From positions 6,058,693 to 6,116,826 of the forward strand of contig JBOZIK010000001.1 in the NCBI GenBank assembly GCA_051453625.1: a stretch of 58,134 bases of DNA. The letters run 5' to 3'. A program made the position numbers and the translations under genes. Below, piece by piece: positions 27,981 to 42,580 of the stretch; within the stretch, counting starts at the first letter, position 1; each line of letters opens with the position of its first letter. This stretch comes from Welwitschia mirabilis (Eukaryota). The notes under the pieces are model-generated. The model saw only the letters and a list, made by a program, of their open reading frames with translations. It was not told where the DNA came from and ran no database searches.

Positions 27981-28561
27981 TTTAAAAATGACTAGCATCA
28001 AACTCTATCTTTTCATCTAATAAAGCACTTCATAAACTTTCAATCTCAAATTTTCAAAATGACTAGTGTTACTGCTAGTCGTTACTAGCATGTTGTTCAT
28101 TTTTCGAGTTTCACATACATACTTTTTTCTAACATAACTCATTTCATTTATAGTCTGTTTAATTTTTTAATCCCTTGTAAAATTTGCTAGAGACTAACTA
28201 TAATCCATCTCTAACTATCACATTTTACCTTTACCTTTTCACTTTTAATCCCATTCTTCTCACCTTTAGAATAATTCTAATTTGCAATGCAAGTGATTAA
28301 TCACTATTTCTAATAGCATCTCTCCTTTAGCATCTTCTTGTATACTTTATATTATATTATATTAAAGTTTGTTGTATATTATTGTTGTATTTCCTAGAGT
28401 GTTTGCATCGAAGTGATTTTTTAGCCTATGGTGAAAAGGCATGTAATAAAAATATTTTTTTAAAAAAAAAATTTCTCTTATTCTCAAAAGAATTATAGTA
28501 AATTTTTTTTATCTTTTACCTTATTTGTCAAAAATTGATTAAAATTTTTTTAAAAAGTTTT

Positions 28562-28657
28562 ATCATTTCTATACTTGAATATTTTTCTTAGACATCATCT
28601 CTATACTTGAACATTTTGCTTAGACATCATTTCTATACTTGAACATTTTTCTTAGAT
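28562..28657 (+). repeat. 3 x 32-bp tandem repeat
   Basis: ATCAT(T/C)TCTATACTTGAA(T/C)ATTTT(T/G)CTTAGAC at 28562, 28594 and 28626. Confidence 0.9.
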
Positions 28658-28726
28658 AAATTTTCCATGTTTATCATTTTTATTAGCTTTTTTGCTAAGA
28701 GACTAGCAAAGTCTAGTTAGAGGATG

Positions 28727-30182
28727 TGTTTACATGTAAAAATTAATGTTCACACCAAGTGTATTTGATTAATTTAGCTTAGTCAAAGATATTAAAATAG
28801 TTATCATATCATAAAATTATGTTTTCTATTCTTTTTATCATAAATTATAAAATTATTAACTCCCCCATAAAATTTTTAGGGTAATTTCTACCTTCTATAT
28901 GACATTCTACAAAGTGAAGAAATTCCACCAAAAAATGTAAGATCCTCTATCCAGGTTACTTGTGCTACTTGTATTTTATGGTATAATGAATCCAAAGCTA
29001 TATTTATATATTTACAGAAAATCCATCACATTCCACTTATGGGCTTTGTTAAAATTAAATAAAAAATAATCATCAACCTTAATGACATGTGGCAGAGATG
29101 TAAAGTAACACACTGCAATGACATGTAGTAGTGAAGAGTATGATGACATGGAGGACACATAGCAATAGCATCTAGTAGGAATAACATCATCACCAAAGTC
29201 CATACCATAATCAATTTTCATAAGAAAAGAAAGAACTCCTCTTGAAAGCTACATGATAAAATTTCTAATCTCCTCTTAATGTAACCATCCAAAAGTGTAA
29301 TCCTCTTTATGTAATTACCATTAAATACTACAAATCAAAGATTCTTAAGCCTTTTCTCATCTATAAAATAGCCTTGATACCTCATTGTAAAGAATGTTTG
29401 GTTGGAAAATGTGGTGGAAATACTTGAAGCATCAGGATGTCATGGCTTTCTAATTACCTCTTAAGGAAGTGGACCTATTCTAAGGTTAGTTCTAGAAGTC
29501 TCTATCAGCTTTATTTTTTCTCATTTAATGTCATGTATTTCTTGATTTAATACAAGAATAAGTTCATTATTTAATTTCTAGTGCATGTTAACATGGTACT
29601 TTTAGTCCTTATGTGAGACTATTTCTTATCTTAATATAAAAGTAGTTGTTTATTCTTTGATTCTTAGTGCATGTTAACACATTACTTTTAATCCTTAGAT
29701 AAGAATACATTATTAAGTTCAATCACTTTTGAGTTTATTTACTAGAGTTAAGCATTGGTTATTTTCACTGCCATGTTATAGATCTAAGGTATAATTGTTC
29801 TTACTTTTTATGTTCATAAAGGGCTATGAAGGATCAAAGTAACTATTGAATTCACTAACACTCATGTGGTAAATAAGATTATATCACCATGCCCGAGCCA
29901 TTATAACTTGAGGATTTGAGCTTATGTTTTAGGAATTATAGGATACCGTTAAAGCAAAGATTAGTTGTTAGACAAGCCAAGCTAGATATTTAAAACACAT
30001 TTTTCTATGTCATCAATTAAAGTGTAACACAATTTCTCAACTTGATTTTTCACTTTAATTTTATTATAGGATTAAAATAATTGTGTTACTTTTGTTAAGT
30101 TTACCTTAAATATCTTTGTAGAAGAATGATATCAGGTGCTTACTTAGTTTTATTACTATTTTCCTTTATATTATAATGAACA
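28727..30182 (+). repeat. LTR of the same family as 24739-26192, opposite orientation, preceded by PPT
   Basis: CTAGCAAAGTCTAGTTAGAGGATG|TGTTTACATGTAAA...TGAACA; reverse-complement colinear with 24739-26192. Confidence 0.8.
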
Positions 30183-30299
30183 AATAGATTTTGATAAACA
30201 TCTTTCTAATCAAGTATAAGTCTAAATAAGAAGTGTATAAAAAGATCAACTATAGAATAGCGAGTCATGATGGATGCTCCATTTCTAGAAAAACCATGT

Positions 30300-31990
30300 A
30301 TAATAGCTACATCCATAATAGCTTTAACAAAATCAATTTCTTATCATTTGTAATAGATGAAAAAGAGGGACCACCTTGTGGAAAATTATTCCAAGAGAAG
30401 AGATGAATGGAAAACTAGTACTTAGACATAATAACCAATGCAAAATTAATAATATACTTGTAATAGAATGTTCACATCTATATAATTAAGTTTTATTAAA
30501 AATTAATCTTTTGTTTTTAAATATGAAAGTATTTTAGAAGGTCAACTAGTTTTATTCTGAATAACAAGTAATGCTTGTTATAATTTAATTTCATTAATAA
30601 TTATTAAATATTTTAAGAATAAAATAACTAAGGAAGAAAGTTCTAAAGTTAAAGTAGTAGAAAAAAGAGTAATAACTCAAATACATTATTCTCCTAACTT
30701 GAGTATAAAGCTTATAAGATTACAAGTTCAAGATTTTTTTTCCATTCTAAATATTAATAAATATGATGTTAAACGATATGAAGTTGAAACATCCTTTAGA
30801 ATGAGATCCATCTTATTATTTCCATAACTTTATGCAAAGCCTAAAGTTTGATAAGAATTGAAGGAGAAGATAGATTCCATAGATGTTAAAAAATTTTAAA
30901 AAGTTAAAAAAGAGTACTAAAGAAATACCAATTGTTTTATGCACAAGCAATAGATTAAGTAAAGTCAAATTTCATAAACAATCTATAGAATTTAAGGAGT
31001 TTTTTAAAGAAAAATTATTTTTGTAATTAAAAAAAAAAGAACATGCCCATAGAAGTAATTCTTAAGGCTCAACCAATATCTTATGCATCTCATGAATTTA
31101 TAATTGTAAAATTAAATGAACTAAAGTTAAAAAGTAAATAATTAGTAAAAGAAAAGAAGATTAGACCAAGTGTGCTATTATGAGAAGTTCTAGTGCTATT
31201 TGTAAAGAAGAAGGATGGATTGCTTAGATTCTGCATTAATTCGTATTAATTATACATGTTTATTATAAAGAATAAACACTAGGAATTGACAATCTATTAA
31301 ATTAATTAGAATAAATATAGTATTTTATTAAGTCTAATTTGAAATTACAATATTATTTGATTCACATCCATGAAAAAGACACTCTTAAGATAGCATTTGA
31401 TACCATATCTGAACATGACAAGTTTATTATAATGTCTTTTGGATTCATCAATGTACCAATAACTTTCATGACACTTATAAATAATGTTTTTAATTCATAT
31501 ATAAATAAATTTAATAATAGTATTTTTATTTATTCAAAAAGAGGGGAATATCATGCATATCATTTAAAATAAAATTAATAATAAAAAATTAAGAAAATGT
31601 GAATTCTTTAAGAAATTTGCTCATCATTGAAAACATGTAACATTAAAAAGATTAAACTAAGATGGACTCAAATAATGTGCAAGTAGTGTGTGATGGCTAA
31701 ACTTGCATAATTTCACAAAAGTAAAATGCTTTTTAAATTAGATAGGATATTATTATTGAGTTATAAATAATCATTTTAAAGTTGTGTATCCAATTATAGA
31801 TCTAAGGATAAAATGGAATTCAACCTTATGATAGATGTAAGGAAGCATTTCTTGATAGTAATCCTCTCCTTAATAGTAATCTCAGTTTAAAGATTTTGAA
31901 AATAAAAAATAAATTTATGATGATAACAAATTCCTATGAAGAAAAAAAGGGACCAATTTTAATATACGATGATTAACTAATTACTTATTG
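30300..31990 (+). pseudogene. Highly decayed Ty3/Gypsy (chromovirus-like) gag-pol remnant
   Basis: VLFVKKKDGLLRFCIN (~31193-31240) and ORF 31339-31572 IHEKDTLKIAF...IMSFGFINVPITFMTLIN match the chromovirus RT motifs VLFVKKKDGS.R.CIDY and VMPFGLTNAPA.FM.LMN. Confidence 0.8.
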
Positions 31991-32049
31991 ATGGATGACT
32001 TATATGATAAAATAATGCAGAAAACATTATAAAAGAATATTAGAAACTA

Positions 32050-32990
32050 TAAAAATGCTAGAAAAATGTAGAAACTATGCTACTCCTAACCTACAATAAG
32101 CACACATCATTAAATAAAAATACATTAGAGTCTTACTAAAGAACTAGCTAAGACTTAATCATTTAGTTCAAAATTCATCATCATGATAACTTATGATGAA
32201 GTTACTTGAACTAGTCAGATTATTTATTTAAACTCTATTACTAAGTACATGAAGTACACCAAGGGGAAATACTGAAAGAAATAAAACATAATAGTGATTA
32301 AACAAACTGCTAAGCAATACTTGTTTTTAAGTAATGAAATCATCTTGGTTTATGATCAATTACATAAATGAGAGCAAAATTGAAGTAATATTACTTTTGC
32401 AAGTAATAAAGTAGGTGCACAATAATACTTAAATGCTTTTCAACTTTATATTGAAACACTAATTATCATATAAAGATGAGCTGACAAACTATGTTCTCCT
32501 TTGCAAGTAACACTATGGAATACAGGAAAATGATGTTGACACCTTTGTAGGCTAGCTAGAGTTCCCTAGCTTTACCTTCTTGCATTGTCTATTTCTAGAA
32601 TCTTTTCGTCAAAAAGATCTTTAACTTTGGTGGTGATCACCTTCTTATGCCCTTGTTAGTCTTCTATTTTCATTCTTTGCTCTTGAGGAATAGGTATATG
32701 GTTAAGGTTCTTTATGTTAATTTGCTATCTTAACATTCTCTCTCATATTCATATCACTTAGCATTCTGTACCTAAAACATAATAATCAAATACATACATA
32801 CTAACCTACTAACATACTAACAAACTAACCTATTAATTAGTAAGAATAAAAATAAATAAAAACATCTATTTGTTAATGAAATAAATAATTGACATAAGAA
32901 AAAACACTTTATTAATAAGCAAAATTTACATAGAATTCATCCTCATCAGTTCCCCCAAGCTCAAATTTTTATTAGTCTCTTAACAAACAA
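32050..32990 (-). mobile_element. Athila-type PPT / 3' LTR junction fragment
   Basis: Minus strand TTGTTAAGAGACTAATAA...GAGCTTGGGGGAAC|TGATGAGG (junction at 32948), resembling Athila AAGCTTGGGGGA-TGAT ends. Left boundary approximate. Confidence 0.5.
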
Positions 32991-34531
32991 AATATTTACA
33001 AGAGATAAAAAAAATGGATCTGGGTCAGAGAATGTTTAAGATATTCCTTAGAAGGATAGATTGTCCAAAGTATGTCCACAGTACAAGAAACTTAAAAAAA
33101 TAGAAGTTGTAGATTCCTATGCTGCCATTTCAGTGCTTTACAACTATCCTTACTTGTCATGCTCACAATTAGTACTGTAAACTTCACAGTTGCATAAATG
33201 TAGTCCTAGTTTACTTGGATTACATTTGTTACTTTATATTTTACAGATCACAAATTTCTTGCATAGAACTCATGAATTTTTATACAAGAATCCTTCATTG
33301 AGTAGAATCCTTTTGAAAATATAACCCACTTACTTCAGTTGTTATCATTTCCTTATTTCTTAGGAGCTTTCATCTTTTTAATAAAATTTATCCCCTTAAC
33401 ACTTAGTCTATCCAACGCTTTATTAATCTACTCCCCAGAAAGTATTATTTGCATTTGTTTGGAGTAGATATCCATTTTTCTTGATATTAGCTATTTTAGC
33501 AATTATTTTATTTAAAACTTAGAGTGGAATATATTTCTTGTAAAATTTTTAGAACTCTATGATAGGGGTGGTTACTTTCTTCATAAAAAGGTTCAATGAA
33601 GATCATTAGAAATCTTGATGAAGACCATCGAAGCTTATGTAATAACTAACCTATCTACCAGGAGCCCTCTTTGAGGATATCCTTGTCTTCTTTTCAAGAA
33701 CTTTGATATTAGAAGGTGAGGACTTAAAACCTTTATGCAAAGTATTCATGTCATGAATTAGAAAGGAAAAGAAAACATGATAAGGCATAAAAATCTAATA
33801 GAATGAGAAATGAAAATGTTATAAGTTTAACTTTGCTTAATATAGATGAGAACTCATACTTGTAATGCATTAATTTTACATGATCAAAGAGTACTCATGA
33901 TCTGTACTAAATTTGAAATAGATTGCACTGAGACTTTTCTTACTCTACTAGTGTTAGATAGGATTGAATCTCATGCTGGTATGATATAAGTCTAGAAATT
34001 TCATTAAGTCAAAGCTATCATCACGACACTAACATGGTTGATGTGATGTGGAGTTGATGTTGTGATGAGGGTCGTCTAGAATGAAAAGGGAATTATCAAA
34101 AACATCATTAAGTAGGATGATGAGGTAATAGAAAGACATATTTAAGTGATAGTTTCTTTCCATAGTACTAGATTCAATGAGGGTCATCTAGGACTCATGA
34201 GTTCTCAATAGGGCCTATTGAATCCATTATGAAGGTGATTGAAGAAGTTCAAAGATGGTCATCAAGAACTTATGAGTTTTCAACAAGGTTGTTTGAATTC
34301 CTACTATTATCATAATGAAGGTAGATGTAAATAAAAAGATAGAGTCTCATGTTGGCGTTATAGAGGAGTTGAAGGGAATCACCTAGAATGAGATCTTCCT
34401 CTTTAAAAAAAAGTTTGAAGGATTGAAGTTANNNNNNNNNNNNNNNNNNNNNNNNNNNNNNNNNNNNNNNNNNNNNNNNNNNNNNNNNNNNNNNNNNNNN
34501 NNNNNNNNNNNNNNNNNNNNNNNNNNNNNNN

Positions 34532-35561
34532 TGTGTTGAATGCATCATGATAACCTCCACCTAACACAAGAATACAACCTCCACATTTCACAAGAAGATA
34601 AAGATATTACCTAACACTCCATGATAAAAATTATAATCTTCTCCTAATGTAACCACTTAAAAGTCAAACTCCTTTTATGTAACTACCATCAATGACTAGA
34701 AGCCAAAGATTCCTAAGCCTTACCTCATCTATAAAAGAGACTTCAGCCCTCATGATAAGGGATCTTTAATTAGTAGATATGGTGGGAATACCTAAAGCAT
34801 CAAGACATCATAACTTTCTAAGCACCTCTCTTGGGAGTAGACTTGTTTTGAGGCTAATTTAAGGAGTTCATTTTAGCTTTGTCTTTCTCTTTCGATGTAA
34901 GGTATTTTCTAAATTGACACAAGAATAAGTTATTCATTCTTAGATTTCTAGTGCACATTGACATAGTACTTTAATCATTAGGTGAGACTCTTTCTTATAT
35001 TTAATAATATAGTAGTTATTAATTCTTCAATTTTTTATACATGTCAACACAGTACTTTTAACCCTTAGATGATACTACATCATTAGTATCTTTCAAACTA
35101 AGTGAATTCTTTAAAGTTAACTTTTTGATTATAATCATTATTATGTTATATATCTTAAGTACTATTGTCCTTACTTTTCATGTTCATAAATGGCTATTTA
35201 AAACTAAAGTGACTATTGAATTAGCTAATACTCAAGTGATGAATGAGTTTATCTTGTTTTGCTTAAGTCATCATGACTTGATGGTCTGAAGCTTATGTTT
35301 CATGAATTATAGGAAATCATTAAAGTGAAGATGGGTTGTTAAACAAGCTAAGCTAGACCTCTAGAGCATGTTCATCTTCCTATGTCATGAACTAAAGTTC
35401 ATCAAAATTTCTCAAACTCTTGATTTACATTTGTTTAATTTTTATTATAGGACTAAAACTATTGTATTACATTTATTAATCTTATCATAAATATCCTTAT
35501 AGAAGAATGGTATAGATCTTTCTCTAGCTTATTTGATGTTTGCATTTTATGATAACAAATA
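34532..35561 (+). repeat. Fourth (partial, gap-truncated) copy of the 28727-30182 LTR family
   Basis: Colinear with ~29170-30182, e.g. CCAAAGATTCCTAAGCCTT, CTATAAAAG, TTTCTAGTGCA and CTTACTTTTCATGTTCATAAA. Confidence 0.8.
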
Positions 35562-35599
35562 ACAATAATTAATAATAAATACCATTAATTCACCCACTC

Positions 35600-38500
35600 T
35601 TAGATCCCATCCTAGTTTTTGCCATATTATCTTGGGTTGAGGAAATCTTCCATCCTCATTTTTCTAGTTCTGCTTTGCTACTAGTGTCACCTCTTTGTTT
35701 CCTTTAATGTAGTTATTTGAATTTCTAATGACATATTGGAATTTATTCAATCTGTTCCTTTTACTTATAGGTCTTTAGAGGTATGCCCCATCTAGGTAGA
35801 AACCCACTCATTTACTTCCTACTCTTATAGGATCCTATTGAACATTTGACTCTCTCACTCTTATGGGTTTTCTATGCATGAATTTCAATAGCTTTTTAAG
35901 AAATCTTGAGTGTCTATTTTCTAGTTTCTTCTTCAACTTCTTAAAAAGAAAAATGGTAACTTAATGTACCTTCTTTATTTTAGAACTAAGAAAAAATTAA
36001 AGTGTATCCCTTTTAATTTTGCATAATTTCCATCTTGGATGAGGTATCTATTAACAAATTTTATCACTCCATTTCATGGTGCCTGAGTTTTTTTTTTTCT
36101 TTTTAATGAATTCTTTTGAAGTTATAGACGCCTTTCATTTGAAAAATATATCTGCATTAGTTAGATCCATGAAATATGATAATATTAAGTCTCTTTTATT
36201 TCTTGATCTAGTTACCTACATTATCATTTTAGTGGACATGACATGTCAGCATCTTTCGATTACTATTTTTTTGTTCACTAATACTTAAACCATTTTGAAA
36301 TTTGAGTTACCTTTTAGCTTAAGTTTGAATTCAGCCAACATTCTAAACCCTTCATCATAGTAACTCATTTCCTTTATATTTTACCTTTTCTACTAGTTCC
36401 AACTAAGAGTGTTTCCCCATTTTTATCAAACACTTCAATTGTAAAATTTTATTCTTTATGATTCTAAAAATTTGTTTCATGTACTGACTGATATTTAAAA
36501 AAAAACTTCTATTGTATGATATTCATAAAAACTAGAGTAACATCACAATACTTACTGAGGATATTAAGGATCTACTTTCAAGTGACTTGTAAAGCTTACC
36601 TCCTTTTCACTGCTACTGTAAGGAGACACTTCTAAATAGATACCTAATAGCTTCTTATTTCTTACAAGCCTTGCACTTCATTGAAACCTTTTAACCCCCA
36701 CCTTAAACTTAACATACTTAATATGGTTCTTCTTATAATCAATCATTTTAGTACTTCGTTATTTCCCATAGTGCATTTCTCCTTGTTGTCCTATAGAAGT
36801 TTGTTAAGTTTACATTTCATAATTAGTATGTTTTTTGCATTAGTTGATTTTCCATCCTATGTTATTTTATCAATTTATTCTTCCTATAAAGACTCTCTTT
36901 TTTAACCATCCTTTCCAATTTATTTATTACTCTATCATTACCGTCATTCCTTAAGTGGAAAAGTTCAACCCTTTTGCAATCTTTCATCTTAATCCCTATT
37001 CTTTCCTTTAGTAAATTCTTGGCTGGAATTATTTTTTGGACTTTTCTAAGGAATTTCCCTCTTAGCACTTAAAAGTATGATAATGAAATGTTTCCATTTC
37101 CTTTATTCCACATAGTTAGGTATTTTAGCTAGTTCCTTCCTATACATAGGGCCTTCTAAAAGGGGGAATTCCCTTGATTACACTCTGACTTCTTGTAATT
37201 ACATGTCAAGATCTTCTTCCATGGGAATAAACCCCTACTTTTTTTTTTTTTTTTGTATAATGTTTGCTTTATTTAAGAATATATAGTCCTTTATATCTTA
37301 AAGACCCCATCCCCTAGATTCTAGTGGTGTCACTATCTCTTTTCATGCCACATCATAGGTTTTTGATCCTCCCCTTTCTCCTTTCTAAATAAAGTTTCAA
37401 ATTATCTATTGATGGTTGCCTAAATTTTCTTTAGTATCACTCCCATTAAATAATTATATCTATCAATAGTTATTATCATAGTATTCGCTAGAATATTCAT
37501 TGTTTTACTTGAGAGCAAAATGACACTCTAACTGTTACATATCTTTCTTACTTTCTAAACTAATTTCTTCCAAGATATTAAGCTCTTCCATTTGAAAATC
37601 ATAATTTCCAAATAGATGTCTTTTTTGGACCCCTCATTTACCTCGAAAATTTTAATGATTACTCTTTGGATGCTCTCCCAAGTACTCATAAAGTATGCTC
37701 TACTCATATGATAACTTATCTCTAATTTGGAATCCCTTGTAAACTTCTCTGAAACCCTCTTTATAGCTTTGATTCATTGAATTCTTACCTTTAAGAAAAT
37801 AATTAAATTATCTACAATGTGGTTGTAGATTATCTGCATCTTATGAAAAGTAAATTCTTAATCCCCTTCCCTTATTATAAAGTTTTGCAAGACATTTTAA
37901 ATAATTATAAAGAAGTATGATAAGAGGGATTCCTTTATCATAGCCCTATTTCCATTTCAAAAGAACTCATAAATGTTGTAATTCATTTTAATACTAAGTC
38001 TGACATTTCTCTGTATTTATAGAATTACTTTAGTAAAATAAGGAGGAAAACCCTTTATTTTTAAGACTTATTCTAAGAAACCCATGAGGCATTATCATAA
38101 GCATTTTTAATATTTAGTTATAATGCACATGCTCTCATTTTGCTCTTCTCACTAGAATGAAAATTTTCATGATTAAATATCACTTAGCCAAGATATCTTC
38201 TGTTCTCTAAGAATCTTACCTAGTTTGTTCTCACTACATTCTAAAAGTGGGACCTTACTTTATTAACCATAATCTTGGAAAACAACATATATACTGCATT
38301 GCACAACTGAATGGGTTTTAAGTCCTAAACATCTACTACCACTTATTTATTTAATATCATAATAATATTGGTATCAGTCTAAGCATGAGGTATGGACCTT
38401 AACTCCATGGATTTTTCTTTAAAGGTATTTTTTACTAACTCCTCCATTCTTTTTCAAAATTTAAGAAAATTCACCATCTACCCATTAGGGCTTAGGATCC

Positions 38501-41500
38501 TATTTAGCTTTGTTTTTATAACACCTTCTAAACATAATTTGGTTTTAACTTTTATAGGAAATCCTTTCCCTGCCAGAATTCTATCCATAACATTAATATT
38601 TCTATATCCTCTTTTATTGTTCATAACTCTTTTGAGGTTTCTAATAAATGCTTTATAGGTGTTGATTGCCTTGCATACTTGATTATTCCAAATTTCTTAA
38701 TTTATTGTGTTACTCTGTCCTCTTTAGTTAATTACTTTATAAAGAATTTTGGATGCTTATCATCATCTCTTAACTAATTGATGTGTGATCTTTGCTTCCA
38801 GTATTGCTCTTTTTAGTTTATAACCTAATGTATCTCCCATAACCTAGTTTAGTTTTTCTCATGAGAAATTTTTCCATTTTTATACCTCACTTGAATTTCT
38901 CTAATATTTTACTTTAGTTTATTATTTTTATTAATATTTTGCCTTGGTCTTTTCTCTAGTTCTTCAACTATCTTTTTAGTCTTAGAAGATTTTTTTTGCA
39001 GTAACCGTATGAGTTTAAGATTATTTAACTATTAATATTTTTTAAACACTCATTCATCTTTTTCTATTCTAACTAAGCATTTTTGAACATAAAGTAGAAA
39101 TTCCTTGATTTATCTCTATCTAAAAGTAGGAAAATGGGTTTATCCTCTCAACACCATCTACCCTCATCTTTCAACCTTTAAAATATCTCTATTAATAATT
39201 CTATTGAGGCTAATATTCTGTCTTTTCTCGATTGAATCCTATTATTGCCTTTTAGTCTATTAGACCATGGTAATTGGACCTTCTTAAGAGGAATACCTAC
39301 TAAATCTATAGCACCCATCAAGTTTCCTAACTCCATCACTTCTACATTTAAGTAATTCCATTTTCCTTTCTTTCCCCATTCAAATAAGGTTTGGTTAAAG
39401 TTTCCTATGATTATAGCTTTTTGATTCTCTAATTTTTCTTAGATTCTTTTCTAAATCGTATATTTTTGTGTCTTACTTTATGAGCTATGCATATTAACTA
39501 GCCACTAGGATTTTATCGAAATGATCTAATACCATATATCCATCTCTATTTTCATATATGCTACATCCTTTTTTATCATCGTCAGTAGTCTTTCCCCTTT
39601 ATCATAGGTAGGAAACCACTTTATTTTCATCTTTTATGTAATTTATTAAAGATATATCCTTTTTTACTTTAATCTCTTGAAGACATATGATTTCTATATT
39701 CTTGTTTTTTATAAGTTCTAAGGTTTTCATTTCTAGGGCCTTTTTCATGCCTCTTATATTCCAACTTAATATATTTATCTATTTTTCTAGCCTTTTGATT
39801 CTCTAATTTTTCTTTGATTCTCTCCCAAATTGTATATTTTTGTGTCTTACTTTATGGGCAATGCATATTAACTAGCCACTAGTATTTTACTGAAATGATC
39901 TGATATCATATATTCATGTATGCTATAATAGTTTTTTATCATCGTCACTAGTCTTCTCCCTTTATCATAGCTAGGAAGTCACTTTATGTTTCATCTTTCA
40001 TGTAATTTATTAAATATATCTCCTTTTTATTTTAATCTCTTGAAGACATACTATTTCTATATTCTTATTTTTTATAAGTTCTAAGATTTTCATTTCTGAG
40101 GCCTTTTTAATGCCTCTTATATTCTAACTTAATATATTTATCTATTTTTCTTCTTTAGAGCTTTGATTAACATTTCTAAAAGAATTTCCTAGGATCTGTT
40201 TGCAATGTCTTTTGATGCGTCTCTCTTTTCTTTCCCTATCATGGATGACCTTCCTTTTTTCTTACCTTGGATTTGTTCTTCTTCATTCCTGTATTTTGAT
40301 TTTGAGTTTGAGTCATTCATGTCCCTAATCCACACTATTAAAAATCTATTAGTTTCTTATTTTAAAATTTAGATTTTGGTTATATCTTTTTAGGGAAATA
40401 TTCCATTGTTCTTTTTTTTCATTTTGGTTCAGATTCTATTTTTAAAGGGATAAATCTTGCTATGAATTTCCTTTTAGATGTGGCTAGCTATTTTAACTCT
40501 TTTCTTTTACCTAGTCTTATGAAGATGTCTACCTTACTTCCTCTAGTAACTGTCGATAATCCTCCTTATCCTTTCTCGTCCTACACACTTCCTCGCTATG
40601 TTTATATTTTTTGAAATTGTTGCATTAGACTCTTTCACATTTTTATATTACATCACTATCTCTCATATTTCACATAGATAATTTCCTTTAACTTTAAGAA
40701 AAATTTCTCTGAATGTCATATTAATTCACAATGTAAGTAAGGAATTGGTACATTTTAATGTTTTACCTTCACTTCATTAGTGCTGAATATGTTTAATATC
40801 TCAAACTTTCTATACTTTTTAATTTTATTTAATTATATCCATTTATAACACCTAATAAATACCATTCTTATTTTGCTTATGACCATTGTATCTAGATTTA
40901 TGATTTCTTCAAGCTGTGAAGCTAATTTCTTTATAAATTTCTAGTTTCACAAAGTAAGGCTTGTTTCCCTAAGATTTAATTAGATTAAAATCTTTTAAAA
41001 TATATTGCTAAAGTTTTCTCTAAGCATCCATTGAGTAAGAGCAAGATCCCTCACTTTTAAAAACTAAGGATATCCTAGCATTATACTATTTATGTCCTCT
41101 TCTAGTATGAACCTGAATAGGATAAGCCCCTCAACTAGTGCTATCAACTAAACCGATTTCGTCCCCATCCATTTTAAGATCATCCACTTTATAATCATTT
41201 CCATACTAGGACTTAGTCCAAAAAACATAAAAAAATTGACTAAGGTGAGCTTAAAATGCTCCTTGCCATCCATGCAATGCTTTAGATCTACACTAATGTT
41301 AAACAAGCCATTTTCCTAAAAAATGTTTATTACTAGAAGGACCATTATAATGACCTAACCCAAGGCTTGTCCAATACATTCTAATCCTACTGGCTAAAAG
41401 CATTCTTCCTTGTCTCCTACTTCATTGCCCCCTCCTGATTCACTTCTATTCCTATTACTTGTTAGATACTACTCTAAGGCTCGAATCACTTGAAATGGCA

Positions 41501-41600
41501 TTAGCCTCCTTTCTATCTTTAGGCATCAGTCTCTCCCTTACTCTCTTACAACTCCTCGCTATTGCCACGTACTTAAACAAGATAGGAAACCATTTTCCTT
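35600..41600 (-). mobile_element. Degenerate near-full-length LINE (L1 clade): ORF1, AP-endonuclease (start duplicated), RT
   Basis: Minus strand: GLILFRFILEED...DLALTQW (DUF4283-like ORF1), ILSWNIRGMKK and CLQEIK (EN), IIGNFN, PFSCAMQY near the RPISLCN position, DADN at the YADD position. Ends approximate. Confidence 0.8.
39414..40151. repeat. Tandem duplication, 2 x ~370 bp
   Basis: 39414-39787 and 39788-40151 are colinear (TTGATTCTCTAATTTTT...ATATATTTATCTATTTTTCT) with many substitutions. Confidence 0.92.
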
Positions 41601-42464
41601 CCTCTTTCTTAAAAAGGTAATACTTAGTATTTTATATTAAATGAATAATCTAGATTATGCATAATTAAATAATATTTTTAAAGAGCCCTTAATCACTTAA
41701 AAAGTTAAAATATTTTAAAAGTTATAACTCCTTTCATGTAGTGTGGTATTCTAACAACTCTAAAAGTTTAAGAAGATTTTAAAGTATAATGTTTAAAATA
41801 CTTATTTATAGAAATTTAAAATTAAAAAATAGTTAGTTTCTAAAGATCATATCATCAATCTAATTTAGTAAAAATTATCACAATTTATTTTTACTTTATA
41901 AAGAAATAGTTATTAAATTTTAGTTACGATGTTTCTTAAAAAGCCAAAATAATCTATAATTGTAGAAAAATTATTTAATAAAATTATGCAAATAACTTAA
42001 AATTTGAATATGGATAATAATTAAAATAATTTCATTTTATATTAATTTTACTTGATTTTCTATAGTAAATTACAAATATTTCTTTTTTATTAAGGCCCTT
42101 CTTCTTAAATAATAATAAGTAAAATTCTTTTAGCATAACTTAAGTTTGACTAGTTAATTAATTAAGAATCTATACTTTAATATCTTCTTTTTTCATATGA
42201 TTAATTCTTTTCATATATTACATGCTTTCATTTTAAAACATATATTATAACTTCTTGAGGGTTTTCATTTTAGCAATCTTGTTAACTTAACTAGTTTCTT
42301 TCATTTTTGTTTCCTTTTATTTATTTTTATAGTTACACAAATTCTAACTAAGTGTTACATCATGTATTTTAATTTCTCTCTACATTTATTCTTTATTATC
42401 TTCATTAATTATATCATCATATTAAAGTTTACTAGTTAAACTTAGAGAAATAGTATATGCCACA

Positions 42465-42580
42465 TAAACACCTAATGGCACTTGAGCCCATTCAGGTCAT
42501 AAACCCCTACCTATATAGGGGTTTGAACTTAGAATCCCATATTTAGTATCTCGAAGACTCCACCATTGTGGCTGCCAATC
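42465..42580 (-). mobile_element. tRNA-derived SINE-like fragment
   Basis: Minus strand A-box-like TGGCAGCCACAATGG and B-box-like AGTTCAAACCC about 34 nt apart, followed by the hairpin AAACCCCTA...TAGGGGTTT. No cloverleaf. Confidence 0.5.

Noticed and set aside
33000-34430. Possible further transposon coding fragment
   Set aside because: Coding-like patches but no motif I could assign; the same applies to ~44000-45100 and 46000-47700.
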